From positions 101,015 to 165,014 of the forward strand of contig CAJMLI010000002.1 of assembly GCA_905214285.1 (NCBI GenBank): a DNA stretch of 64,000 nt, given 5' to 3'. This document shows positions 29,256 through 38,582 of this stretch, in pieces. The notes under the pieces were generated by a model. It was given only the letters and a program-made list of their open reading frames with translations, was not told the origin of the DNA and searched no databases. The translations under genes were made by a program, and so were the position numbers. Numbering within the stretch: position 1 is the stretch's first letter; each line of letters begins with the position of its first letter. Source of the stretch: an uncultured bacterium (GTDB lineage Bacteria; Actinomycetota; Coriobacteriia; Coriobacteriales; Coriobacteriaceae).

Positions 29256-29755
29256 TCCATAGCCCAGCAGCATAAATTCTTCTCCGGTTGGCTCGTCGTG
29301 GCCTCCGGCTTTGTCATCATGGCCACGGTCGTTATCGCCAAGATTTCGCTCGGCGCGATCTATGACCGTTTTGGCCTGCGCTTTGGCAATATCCTTGGCT
29401 CCGTTGCGTGCATTATCGCCTGCGTGGCGTTGTGCTTCCCGACGACGGACCTCGGTACCATCGTGGCCGCGGTGAGCTTTGGTATCGGAACGTGCATGGG
29501 CACCATCACGCCTACCATCGCCGCGTCCAAGCAGTTTGGCATGGCCGACCTCGGCAAGGTCACGGCACTATTACCTCGCTCGAGATGGTCGGCGGCACCG
29601 TGGGCGCCATTGTCTCGGGCGTGCTGTTCGATGTCACGGGCTCCTTTGCGAGCACCTGGATTGTGTGCCTGGCGTGCTCCGTGGTCATGCTTGTGTTCCT
29701 GCTAGCATCCGAGCCTATCGCCGCCAAGTTGCGCGCGAGCGTGGCGGGGGAGTAG
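29256..29755 (+). pseudogene. Remnant of an MFS transporter gene: C-terminal ~40% only, plus a -1 frameshift near 29565
   Basis: The reading frame continues straight from the amidohydrolase stop codon with MFS-like TM helices (FSGWLVVASGFVIMATVVIAK...). The frame switches between 29562 and 29567, consistent with a single-base loss in cacggcact. No N-terminal half is present. Confidence 0.5.
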
Positions 29756-29801
29756 ATAGGCCAAAGCGCATTGCCGCTTGTCCGCTTCGTCCGTGGCTAC
29801 C

Positions 29802-29861
29802 GCGGCGGCGCATCTGGCCGAACGAGCCCCCATACCCTCGTTCGGTCAGATGCGCCGCCGC
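29802..29861 (+). promoter_or_regulatory. Long hairpin (about 25-bp stem, 1 mismatch, 10-nt loop) upstream of hisS, followed by a TATAAT -10 box at 29879-29884
   Basis: gcggcggcgcatctggccgaacgag cccccatacc ctcgttcggtcagatgcgccgccgc. Confidence 0.4.
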
Positions 29862-29926
29862 TGTATGTGTTTGTGCCGTATAATGACCGTTACCTATGAC
29901 GCGATACAAAAGAAAGGTGTTTGCCC

Positions 29927-31240
29927 ATGCAGGCACAGAAGGCGGAGGGAACCCGCGACCTTATCGGCGCCGAGATGCGCGCCTGGCAAAAGATGCAGCA
30001 GATTGCGGCCGGCGTGTTCGAGCCGTTTGGTTTTAAGCCCATCGAGACGCCCGCCATCGAGCAGGTGGACGTGTTTGTCCACGGTATCGGCCAGTCGACC
30101 GACGTCGTGCGCAAGGAGATGTTCCGCGTGTTTAGCGGCGCCAACCTGGAGCGCGTCTTTACCGAAGGCACCGACACCAAGCTTAAGCCCAAGCAGCGCC
30201 TGGCCCTTCGTCCCGAGGGCACGGCCGGTGTGGTGCGCGCCGTCGTGGAGAACAACCTGGTGCCCCAGGGCTCCACGCCGTTTAAGGCTTATTACGCCGA
30301 GGCCATGTTCCGTGGCGAGCGTCCCCAGAAGGGTCGCCTGCGCCAGTTCCACCAGGTGGGCATCGAGTGGCTCGGCGCTCCCGATCCGGCGGCAGACGCC
30401 GAGTGCATCATCATGCTCATGGAGTTCTACAAGCGCCTGGGCTTCGACCTTTCCAAGCTCCGTCTGCTTATTAACTCGATGGGCGATGCGCAGTGCCGTC
30501 CGGCATACCGCGAGCAGGTCAAGCAGTTTATCCTCGATCACGCCGACGAGATGTGCGACGAGTGCCGCGAGCGCGCCGAGCTCAATCCGCTGCGCGCCTT
30601 CGACTGCAAGAACGACCATTGCCGCGAGATCATGGCCGACGCCCCGCTGATGGGCGACAACCTGTGTGACGAGTGCCGCGAGCACTACGAGCAGGTCAAG
30701 CGCTATCTGGATGCCGCCGGTATCGAGTATGTCGAGGATCCCACCCTGGTGCGCGGCCTGGACTACTACACCCGTACTGTCTTTGAGGTCGAGGCTCCCG
30801 GTGCCGGTGTCGGCTCCATCGGTGGCGGCGGTCGCTATGACGGCTTGGTCGAGCTCGAGGGTGGCAAGCCCACGGCCGGCGTCGGCTTCGCCGTCGGTTT
30901 TGAGCGCGCCCTGCTGGCCCTTCAGGCATTTGGTAACGACTTGGGTGCCGAGGAGGCCCCGTGCGTCTACGTCGCCAATGCCGGCAAGGAGCTGCGTCAG
31001 AACGTCTTTGCCATCACGCAGGAGCTTCGCGCCGCAGGCATCGTGACCGAGGCCGACTACCAGGGTCGTTCGCTCAAGGCCCAGTTTAAGCAGGCCGACA
31101 AGGTGGGCGCCAAGCTCATTTTGGTCTTGGGCGGCGACGAGCTTGCCGCCGGCAAGGTCAAGGTGCGCGACATGGAGAGCCATGACGAGGTTCTCGTCGA
31201 TTTGACCAACGTGGTCGAGGCGGTTCGCGAGCGCCTGTAG
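29927..31240 (+). CDS. hisS: Histidyl-tRNA synthetase HisS
   Basis: Class IIa motifs (ALRPEGTAGVVRAV, FHQVGIEWLG, GGGRYDGL). ATG at 29921 or 29927. Confidence 0.9.
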   Translation: MQAQKAEGTRDLIGAEMRAWQKMQQIAAGVFEPFGFKPIETPAIEQVDVFVHGIGQSTDVVRKEMFRVFSGANLERVFTEGTDTKLKPKQRLALRPEGTAGVVRAVVENNLVPQGSTPFKAYYAEAMFRGERPQKGRLRQFHQVGIEWLGAPDPAADAECIIMLMEFYKRLGFDLSKLRLLINSMGDAQCRPAYREQVKQFILDHADEMCDECRERAELNPLRAFDCKNDHCREIMADAPLMGDNLCDECREHYEQVKRYLDAAGIEYVEDPTLVRGLDYYTRTVFEVEAPGAGVGSIGGGGRYDGLVELEGGKPTAGVGFAVGFERALLALQAFGNDLGAEEAPCVYVANAGKELRQNVFAITQELRAAGIVTEADYQGRSLKAQFKQADKVGAKLILVLGGDELAAGKVKVRDMESHDEVLVDLTNVVEAVRERL

Positions 31241-31485
31241 CGCATCTTTTTGAGCTGCGGGCCTGCTAACGTGCCCTGCTCATGGAGAGCGATTGTTACG
31301 GGGGTGTTTCGCATTTATGCGGAATGCCCCCGTTTGCATATGCCGTCCACCGAGAAATACGACCATTTGGGGCAAAAAGCCTTGCAATGCAGAAAATACT
31401 TTTGTGTGGTAAAGCGCAATCAGCGTCGAAAGTTTTTGCCGAGTGCCTATAATAAATACCGCATGTTACGTGCATAGAAGGAGGA

Positions 31486-34311
31486 ATGGGAGGAAACGTG
31501 GCTGAGAACCTAAGCAACCAGTCTGTACCCGAAGCCGCGGCGCGCGTCGCTGCCGTGGTCAACCGCCTCGTTAACCGAATCGGCTCGAATGCCGAATCCA
31601 AGGAGCGTCTCGCCGAGATCGAGATCCCCGAGGAGCTGCGCGACAATCTGGCGCTGTTCTTGCGCCTGGAGCGCCGTGTGCTTAGCGAGTATGATCCCGA
31701 GATCGCGGACCTGTTCGACAAGATTTTGACAGCCGAGATTGTGGCCAATGCCGGCAACCCCGGTAGCCGTGCTGCCGACGAGTCCGTCGACGAGCAGGGC
31801 GTGCCCACTGCCGACGAGCCCACCGCCGTGGCGTTTCGCGAGGTTGTCGATATGATCGACAGCCTGCCGCTCGATAAACAGCAGGTTATCGTCCGCGCCT
31901 TTACGAGCTTCTTCCATCTGGCAAACCTGTCGGAGGAGAATTACCGTGTGGCGCAGCTGCGCGAGCGCGAGGCCGGCGCATCGACCGATACCGAGGTCGA
32001 TCCTGCCAACGAACTCACCGTCGCCTATCACCAGTTGGTAAACGAGATGGGTGTCGAGGGCGCCAACGAGCTGCTCGGCAAGCTCGAGTTCCACCCTGTC
32101 TTTACCGCACATCCCACCGAGGCCCGTCGTAAGGCCGTCGAGGGCAAGATTCGCCGTATCTCCAACCTGCTGGAGGAGCGTCCGCGTCTGGGCGGTTCCG
32201 ACCTGGTGGAGAACGAGCGCCATATGCTGCAGGAGATCGACGCCCTGGTGCGTACGAGCCCCATCGCGCTCAAGAAACCCACGCCGGTCGAGGAAGCCGA
32301 TACCATCATCGACATCTTCGATAACACGCTGTTCGACGTTATTCCCGTCATCTATCGTCGTTTTGATGACTGGGTGCTGGGCGATAAGGCCGGCACCGTG
32401 CCGCCGCTGTGCCCGGCGTTCTTCCACCCCGGCAGCTGGATCGGTTCCGACCGCGACGGTAACCCGAACGTCACCGCCAAGGTGAGCCGCGAGGTCGCTG
32501 CCAAGTATTTCACCCATATGGTGCTCAAGCTCGAGGACAAGTGCCGCCGCATCGGCCGCAACCTCACGCTCGAGGCCACCTACAGCAAGCCGTCTGCCGA
32601 GCTCATCAACCTGTGGAACCATCAGGTCGAGATGAGCACTCAGTACACCGCACGTGCTGAACTAATCTCCGAGCACGAGCCGCATCGCGCCGTCATGCTC
32701 GTCATGGCCGACCGACTCAACGCCACCGTGCGTCGCATCACCGACACCATGTACCACAGCGCCGATGAGTTCCTGGAGGACCTGCGCGTCGTCCAGCGCT
32801 CGCTGGCCGCCTGCGGTGCCGTCCGTGCTGCCTACGGCCCGGTCCAGACCATCATCTGGCAGGTCGAGTCCTTCGGCTTCCACATGGTCGAGATGGAGTT
32901 CCGTCAGCACTCCGTGGTGCACGCCCGCGCCCTCAAGGATATCCACGAGAACGGTATCCATGGTGATCTGCAGCCCATGACGCGCGAGGTCATCGATACC
33001 TTCCGCGCTATCGGCTCCATCCAAAAGCGTTACGGCAAGAAGATGGCGCACCGCTACATCATCTCGTTCACCAAGAGCGCCCAGCATGTGGCCGACGTCT
33101 TTGAGCTTGCCCACCTGTCCTTTGCGCATGAGGAGGATGTCCCCGAGCTCGACGTGATCCCGCTGTTCGAGCAGCTCGAGGACCTCGAGGGCTGCGTCGA
33201 CGTGCTCGACCAGATGCTTACGCTGCCCGTGGTGCAAAAGCGCCTTGCCCAGACCAACCGTCGCATGGAGGTCATGCTGGGCTATTCCGACTCCTCCAAG
33301 GATGCCGGTCCTACCACGGCTATGCTCGCGCTGCACTCCGCACAGGAGCGTATTGCCAAGTGGGCCGAGAAGAACGATATCGATCTGGTGCTCATGCACG
33401 GTCGCGGCGGTGCCGTGGGCCGTGGTGGCGGCCCGGCCAACAAGGCCGTGCTGGCGCAGCCCAAGGGTTCGGTCAACTGCTTCTTTAAGCTCACCGAGCA
33501 GGGCGAGGTCATCTTTGCCCGTTACGGTAACCGCACGCTGGCTCAGCGCCATGTTGAGTCCGTTGCCGCTGCAACGCTTTTGCAGTCGGCCCCGAGCGTC
33601 GAGAAGACCAACACCGAGACCACGCAGAAGTTCTGGGATATGGCCGAGAAGCTCAACGCTGCAAGCCACGAGCGCTATCTGGATCTGCTGAACACCGAGG
33701 ACTTTACACCGTGGTTCTCGACCGTGACGCCGCTGACCGAGGTCGGTCTGCTGCCGATCGGCTCGCGCCCGGCCAAGCGCGGTCTGGGTGCCAAGTCGCT
33801 CGACGACCTGCGTACCATTCCGTGGATTTTCAGCTGGAGCCAGGCTCGCATTAACCTGGCCGCTTGGTACGGTCTGGGTACCGCCTGCGAGCAGCTGGGC
33901 GATCTTGACCAGCTCAAGGCTGCCTACCAGGAGTGGCCGTTCTTCCGCACGTTCATCGACAACATCGAGATGTCGATCGCTAAGACCGACCAGCGCATCG
34001 CCAAGATGTATCTGCACCTGGGCGATCGCCAGGATCTGTCCAAGAAGGTCTTCACCGAGATGCAGCTCACGCGTAAGTGGGTCCTTGCCATCGTCGGTGA
34101 CGAGTGGCCGCTACAGCGCCGTCGCGTGCTTGGCTGCGCCGTTCGCGTGCGTAACCCCTATGTCGACGCCCTGTCCATCGCTCAGGTCCGCGCCCTTCGC
34201 GAGGTGCGTATGAACCAGGACGAGATGGCCGAGGAGAAGAAGGCCGAGTACATGAGCCTGATTCTTTCGACTGTGACCGGCGTCTCGGCAGGATTGCAGA
34301 ACACGGGGTAA
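31486..34311 (+). CDS. ppc: Phosphoenolpyruvate carboxylase Ppc
   Basis: VFTAHPTEARR, GYSDSSKDAGPTTA, C-terminal LQNTG. The start is ambiguous (ATG 31486 or GTG 31498). Confidence 0.9.
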   Translation: MGGNVAENLSNQSVPEAAARVAAVVNRLVNRIGSNAESKERLAEIEIPEELRDNLALFLRLERRVLSEYDPEIADLFDKILTAEIVANAGNPGSRAADESVDEQGVPTADEPTAVAFREVVDMIDSLPLDKQQVIVRAFTSFFHLANLSEENYRVAQLREREAGASTDTEVDPANELTVAYHQLVNEMGVEGANELLGKLEFHPVFTAHPTEARRKAVEGKIRRISNLLEERPRLGGSDLVENERHMLQEIDALVRTSPIALKKPTPVEEADTIIDIFDNTLFDVIPVIYRRFDDWVLGDKAGTVPPLCPAFFHPGSWIGSDRDGNPNVTAKVSREVAAKYFTHMVLKLEDKCRRIGRNLTLEATYSKPSAELINLWNHQVEMSTQYTARAELISEHEPHRAVMLVMADRLNATVRRITDTMYHSADEFLEDLRVVQRSLAACGAVRAAYGPVQTIIWQVESFGFHMVEMEFRQHSVVHARALKDIHENGIHGDLQPMTREVIDTFRAIGSIQKRYGKKMAHRYIISFTKSAQHVADVFELAHLSFAHEEDVPELDVIPLFEQLEDLEGCVDVLDQMLTLPVVQKRLAQTNRRMEVMLGYSDSSKDAGPTTAMLALHSAQERIAKWAEKNDIDLVLMHGRGGAVGRGGGPANKAVLAQPKGSVNCFFKLTEQGEVIFARYGNRTLAQRHVESVAAATLLQSAPSVEKTNTETTQKFWDMAEKLNAASHERYLDLLNTEDFTPWFSTVTPLTEVGLLPIGSRPAKRGLGAKSLDDLRTIPWIFSWSQARINLAAWYGLGTACEQLGDLDQLKAAYQEWPFFRTFIDNIEMSIAKTDQRIAKMYLHLGDRQDLSKKVFTEMQLTRKWVLAIVGDEWPLQRRRVLGCAVRVRNPYVDALSIAQVRALREVRMNQDEMAEEKKAEYMSLILSTVTGVSAGLQNTG

Positions 34312-34339
34312 TCGATAACCCTGTAGTCGTCCGGGTCCG

Positions 34340-34451
34340 CCATCAGTTTACTTTTAGGCACGTCCTCGGACATGCAAGAAGCCCTCGCTGCGCACTTCGT
34401 GCGGCGAGGGCTTCTTGCGTCCTGCGGAGTGTGCCTAAAAGTAAACTGATG
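34340..34451. repeat. 112-bp palindromic repeat element, copy 1: 22-bp perfect outer inverted repeat (ccatcagtttacttttaggcac / gtgcctaaaagtaaactgatgg) around a ~68-bp core (cgtcctcggacatgcaagaagccctcgctgcgcacttcgtgcggcgagggcttcttgcgtcctgcggagt) carrying a nested hairpin
   Basis: Read directly from the sequence. A related copy lies at 36813-36932. Confidence 0.8.
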
Positions 34452-34727
34452 GGGCCCTACGATGTCCGGTCTTCGGCGGATTACTGCTGGGGAAAAGATA
34501 GCGCGCTTCGCGCGTTTTGGATGGGGTCTGTCTCGGCGGCGCGTTTGGCGCTTCTCGCCTTGCGACTGTAGCGCCCGCGGTCCTCATTGGGACCACGGCC
34601 GTTTTGTTATGGGTCAAATATGAACGTTGTGTTAATGAGTCGGTGGACGGTGGTGTTTTTCGGTGAGCGGCGTATCCTTCCAACGGTTTGACTAGTGTGT
34701 CAGTTGAAAGGAAGAGGGCGCTCGTCA

Positions 34728-36005
34728 ATGTTTGAATGTGAACTACCGTTTGACCACAAGACGTTGCATCTGGAGCTCGAGGACAAGAACTTCGCGGGTG
34801 TGATGGAAGGTCATCAAAACGAGTTTAAGACTACAAAATCGCAGGAAGAGCTGGTAGAGGAGTCGCTTGCCAACCCTTATGGCTCGCCTTCGCTCGAGGA
34901 GCTTTGTGCTGGCAAAAAGGATATCGTAATTATCAGCTCTGACCATACGCGTCCCGTTCCTTCGCGTGTGACGATGCCTATTCTGCTGCATCACATTCAT
35001 GCCGCTGCGCCCGAGGCCCGTGTGCGTATTTTGGTTGCTACGGGTATGCACCGTCCGTCGACGCACGAGGAGCTCGTCAATAAGTATGGCGAGGACATCG
35101 TTGCCAACGAGGAAATCGTTATGCATGTCGCGACCGACGACAGCATGATGAAAAAGATCGGCACCCTGCCTTCTGGTGGCGAGTGCATCATCAACAAGAT
35201 TGCGGCCGATTGCGATCTGCTGCTTGCCGAGGGCTTTATTGAGCCGCACTTCTTTGCCGGTTTCTCTGGTAGCCGCAAGTCCGTCCTGCCTGGCATCGCC
35301 AGCTACAAGACCATCATGTACAACCACAACGGTCAGTTTGTGAACGATTCCCACTCGCGTGCCGGCAACCTGTGCCACAACCACGTGAGCGAGGACATGT
35401 TTGCCGCCGCCGAGATGGCTCACCTTGCCTTTGTGCTCAACGTGGTGCTCAACGGCAAGCACGAGGTCATTGGCTCCTTTGCCGGCGACATCCACAAGGC
35501 GCACGAGGCTGGCTGCGAGTTCGTGAAGAGCCTTGCCGGCGTTGAGCCCGTCGAGTGCGAGATCGCCATTACCACTAACGGCGGCTACCCCCTCGATCAG
35601 AACATCTATCAGGCTGTGAAGGGCATGTGCGCTGCCGAGGCCACGCTTCCCGAGGGCGGCGTGATCATCGACGTCGCCGGTTGTGCCGACGGTCACGGCG
35701 GCGAGGGCTTCTATCACAACATCGCCGACAACGATCCGGCAGAGTTTGAGCGCGCCTGTATCGATCGTCCTAAGGACGAGACCCTGCCCGATCAGTGGAC
35801 GAGCCAGATCTTTGCCCGCATCCTGGCGCATCACCCCGTGATCATGGTCACCGACCTGTGCGATCACCAGATGCTCAAGGATATGCACATGACGCCGGTC
35901 AACACCCTCGAGGAGGCGCTCAAGCTCGCCTTTGAGATGAAGGGTGCCGACGCCAAGGTCGCCGTCATCCCCGATGGCCTGGGTGTTGTCGTCGCGCAGC
36001 ACTAG
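34728..36005 (+). CDS. larA: Lactate racemase LarA family protein (nickel-pincer-nucleotide-dependent racemase/epimerase)
   Basis: LarA/DUF2088 architecture. SDHTRPVPS motif, conserved His/Lys positions (KSVLPG, HNHV), about 425 aa. RBS AAGGAAGAGGG precedes ATG 34728. Confidence 0.7.
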   Translation: MFECELPFDHKTLHLELEDKNFAGVMEGHQNEFKTTKSQEELVEESLANPYGSPSLEELCAGKKDIVIISSDHTRPVPSRVTMPILLHHIHAAAPEARVRILVATGMHRPSTHEELVNKYGEDIVANEEIVMHVATDDSMMKKIGTLPSGGECIINKIAADCDLLLAEGFIEPHFFAGFSGSRKSVLPGIASYKTIMYNHNGQFVNDSHSRAGNLCHNHVSEDMFAAAEMAHLAFVLNVVLNGKHEVIGSFAGDIHKAHEAGCEFVKSLAGVEPVECEIAITTNGGYPLDQNIYQAVKGMCAAEATLPEGGVIIDVAGCADGHGGEGFYHNIADNDPAEFERACIDRPKDETLPDQWTSQIFARILAHHPVIMVTDLCDHQMLKDMHMTPVNTLEEALKLAFEMKGADAKVAVIPDGLGVVVAQH

Positions 36006-36054
36006 TGCGCGGCTTAAACGAATCGTTTATAACCGACAAGAAAGATAAGGTTTT

Positions 36055-36786
36055 ATGCTTACCAAACTCCTCTGCGAATTCGGCGCGACGGCCCTCATGA
36101 TCGTCTTTGGCGTGGGCGTGCACTGCGATACCGTGCTCAAAGGCACCAAGTATCAGGGCTCCGGCCATATGTTTGCCATCACCACCTGGTCTTTTGGCAT
36201 CTCGGTCTGCCTGTTTGTCTTTGGCGGCGCCGTGTGCATGAACCCCGCTATGGTGCTTGCCCAGTGCATCGTCGGTCTGGTGCCGTGGGGCAACTGCATC
36301 CCCTTCATGCTTGCCGATATGCTCGGCGGCTTTGTGGGTGCCGTGATCGCTTGGTTTATGTATGCCGATGAGTTCAAGGCTTCCGAGGGTGTCGTCGATC
36401 CCATTGCCCAGCGCAACATCTTCTCGACCAACCCCACCACCGAGGGTACGAACTATGCCCGCAACTTCTTCTGCGAGGCAATCTGCACCTTTGTGTTCAT
36501 TAGCGCCATCCTTGCTGCTGCTAGCCGTGCTGGTGAGGACGTTTTGATGCTCGCCATCTGCGTCGGCCTGATTGTCTGGGCCGTTGGCATGGGCATGGGC
36601 GGCATCACCGGCTTCGCTATGAACCAGGCACGTGACCTTGGTCCCCGCCTTGCTTATCAGGTGCTGCCGATTAAGAACAAGGCTGACAACAACTGGAAGT
36701 ATGGTCTGCTTGTTCCTGGCATCGCGCCGTTTGTCGGTGCTATTGTCGCCGCGCTGTTTGTGCACGGTTTCTTGGGCATGTTCTAG
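36055..36786 (+). CDS. MIP-family channel (aquaglyceroporin, LarD/GlpF-like)
   Basis: Six TM helices. First NPA box intact (CMNPAMV); second box reads NQA (AMNQARDLGPR). Adjacent to larA, as with the lactic-acid channel LarD in Lactobacillus. Confidence 0.8.
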   Translation: MLTKLLCEFGATALMIVFGVGVHCDTVLKGTKYQGSGHMFAITTWSFGISVCLFVFGGAVCMNPAMVLAQCIVGLVPWGNCIPFMLADMLGGFVGAVIAWFMYADEFKASEGVVDPIAQRNIFSTNPTTEGTNYARNFFCEAICTFVFISAILAAASRAGEDVLMLAICVGLIVWAVGMGMGGITGFAMNQARDLGPRLAYQVLPIKNKADNNWKYGLLVPGIAPFVGAIVAALFVHGFLGMF

Positions 36787-36812
36787 TCGAAGGACGGCTC
36801 TATAAGGTTCGG

Positions 36813-36932
36813 GCTCGGCAAGGGTTTACTTTCCAACGCGTCCTCGGACATGCAAAAAGGCTCGCTGCGCACTTTGTGCGGCGAGCCTTTTTGCGTCCTG
36901 CGGAATGCGTTGGAAAGTAAACCCTTGCCGAG
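36813..36932. repeat. 120-bp palindromic repeat element, copy 2: 26-bp outer inverted repeat (gctcggcaagggtttactttccaacgc / gcgttggaaagtaaacccttgccgagc) around the same core as copy 1 (cgtcctcggacatgcaaaaaggctcgctgcgcactttgtgcggcgagcctttttgcgtcctgcggaatg)
   Basis: Read directly from the sequence. Confidence 0.8.
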
Positions 36933-37109
36933 CCCTGGGCATTCTTGGCTGTGTTCGAACAAGCAACCCAACATATATATCTGAATTTGGATGTGAGGGG
37001 CGCTTTGTTTTTGGGTGCCCTTACAAGAAAGCGTGACTTGGGGATGGGATGGGCACTTTGCTTTTTAGTGCCCTGAGATGGGGGCGAGACTTTGGAATGA
37101 GAGGCTAAC

Positions 37110-37649
37110 TTAGGTGAAGAGGGGCTGTATGGCTGATAGGTAGTCTTTGGCTACGTCGGCTTTGTCTGCTTGGAAGTTGTGCCAGGCCCACCATTGGACC
37201 ATTCCTACGAAGCTTGAGGCTATGTGGTGTAGTAGGAAACTGCGGTCCATGGTGCCGGCGGGGCCTGCGGGGTCGACGGGGACGGTTTCGGCTGCGCGCG
37301 ACATGATGGTCTTGCGGAGACAGTCGGCGAAGACGCGTGAGCCGGCGCCGGCTACGAGGGCTCGAACGCCCTGGCGGCGTTCCCAGAGATTGTTGAGGAT
37401 ATGCTCGACCTGCACGAGTGGGTCGTCGAGCGGTGTGCCATCGTCGTCAAGAGCGTGGGTGCAGATGTCGCTCACGAGTTCGGACAGTAGGTCGTCTTTG
37501 CTCTTAAAGAGACCGTAGAATGTCGCGCGGCCTACGTGAGCGCGAGCGATGATGTCGCCGACGGTGATCTTGCCGTAATCTTCCTCGCGCAGGAGCTCGG
37601 AGAACGCCGCAACGATGGCGGCGCGGCTTTTTGCCTTGCGGGCATCCAT
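37110..37649 (-). CDS. TetR/AcrR family transcriptional regulator
   Basis: N-terminal HTH (AAIVAAFSELLREEDYGKITVGDIIARAHVGRATFYGLFKSKDDLL). True start is M72 of the listed ORF; upstream of it the frame is Arg-rich nonsense overlapping larC. Confidence 0.8.
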   Translation of the reverse strand: MDARKAKSRAAIVAAFSELLREEDYGKITVGDIIARAHVGRATFYGLFKSKDDLLSELVSDICTHALDDDGTPLDDPLVQVEHILNNLWERRQGVRALVAGAGSRVFADCLRKTIMSRAAETVPVDPAGPAGTMDRSFLLHHIASSFVGMVQWWAWHNFQADKADVAKDYLSAIQPLFT

Positions 37650-37651
37650 GG

Positions 37652-38572
37652 CTATGCGTCCGCGTGAACGAGCAGGCAGCGGAGCGTGCCGGAGCAACCC
37701 TCGTAGGGGCGTTTGCCGGCGCCGTAGCCGACAGCTTCGATGCGGTAGCGTGAGGGCAGTTGGTCGGACGTACGCAGGGCGGTGACGATGGCGGCGCCTG
37801 TGGGCGTTACGAGCTCGCCAGCGACCGGTGCAGGCGTGAGAGCGATATTGCCCGCCTGGCACAGGTTGACGACAGCGGGGACGGGAATGGGCATGAGGCC
37901 GTGTGCACAGCGGATGGTTCCGTGGCCCTCGGAGAGCGACTCGACCACGATGTCCTCAATGCCCAGGTCATCGAGGCAGATGGCGACAGAGCAGACGTCG
38001 ACGATGGAGTCGATGGCGCCCACCTCGTGGAACATGACGGTCTCGGGCGTTTTGCCGTGAGCCTTGGCCTCGGCAGCGGCGAGTGCGGTAAAGATGGCGA
38101 GGGCGCGACGCTTGGCGCCATCGCTTAGCTGCGAGCCATCGATAATGGCGGTGACGTCCGCCAAAGACCGGTGGTGATGGTGGTGGGCGTGATGATGCCC
38201 CTCGTGGCCATGGCCGTGGATCTCATGGTCATGGTCGTGTGTGTGCTCGTGCTCATGCTCGTCATGGTCATGATGATGGTGGTGCTCATGCTCATGCATA
38301 TGCTCGACAGCTGCTTCGTTGCCGTAGAGCCAGGCCATATCGTGGTCGTGGTTCTCGAGCTCCTCTGCCAGCTGAACGTCAAAGTCGCAGGCGTCGATGC
38401 CGTGCTTGTTTACGCGCGTGACGGCGATCGAAAAGCCATCGACCGGCAGCGTGGCGAGCTGTTCGCGCAGCTGCTCCTCACTGGCATCCAGGTCGAGCAG
38501 GGCCGCAACGGTCATATCGCCGCTGATGCCCGAGGTGCCGTCGATGATAAGCGTGTGCTGATGGTTGGACAT
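37652..38572 (-). CDS. larC: LarC N-terminal (DUF111/LarC1) domain protein with a His-rich linker; the C-terminal CTP-hydrolysing domain appears to be absent
   Basis: N-terminus TLIIDGTSGISGDMTVAALLDL matches the LarC/DUF111 start. A long HEHEHHHHHDHDEHEHEHTHDHDHEIHGHGHEGHHHAHHHHH tract follows. The ORF ends 2 nt from the tetR start, at about 306 aa. Confidence 0.65.
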   Translation of the reverse strand: MSNHQHTLIIDGTSGISGDMTVAALLDLDASEEQLREQLATLPVDGFSIAVTRVNKHGIDACDFDVQLAEELENHDHDMAWLYGNEAAVEHMHEHEHHHHHDHDEHEHEHTHDHDHEIHGHGHEGHHHAHHHHHRSLADVTAIIDGSQLSDGAKRRALAIFTALAAAEAKAHGKTPETVMFHEVGAIDSIVDVCSVAICLDDLGIEDIVVESLSEGHGTIRCAHGLMPIPVPAVVNLCQAGNIALTPAPVAGELVTPTGAAIVTALRTSDQLPSRYRIEAVGYGAGKRPYEGCSGTLRCLLVHADA

Positions 38573-38582
38573 GGGATGCTCC

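Noticed and set aside
37650-37862. N-terminal 71-residue extension of the TetR ORF
   Set aside because: Arg-rich nonsense overlapping the larC 3' end on the opposite strand. The TetR HTH begins right after the internal ATG at 37649.
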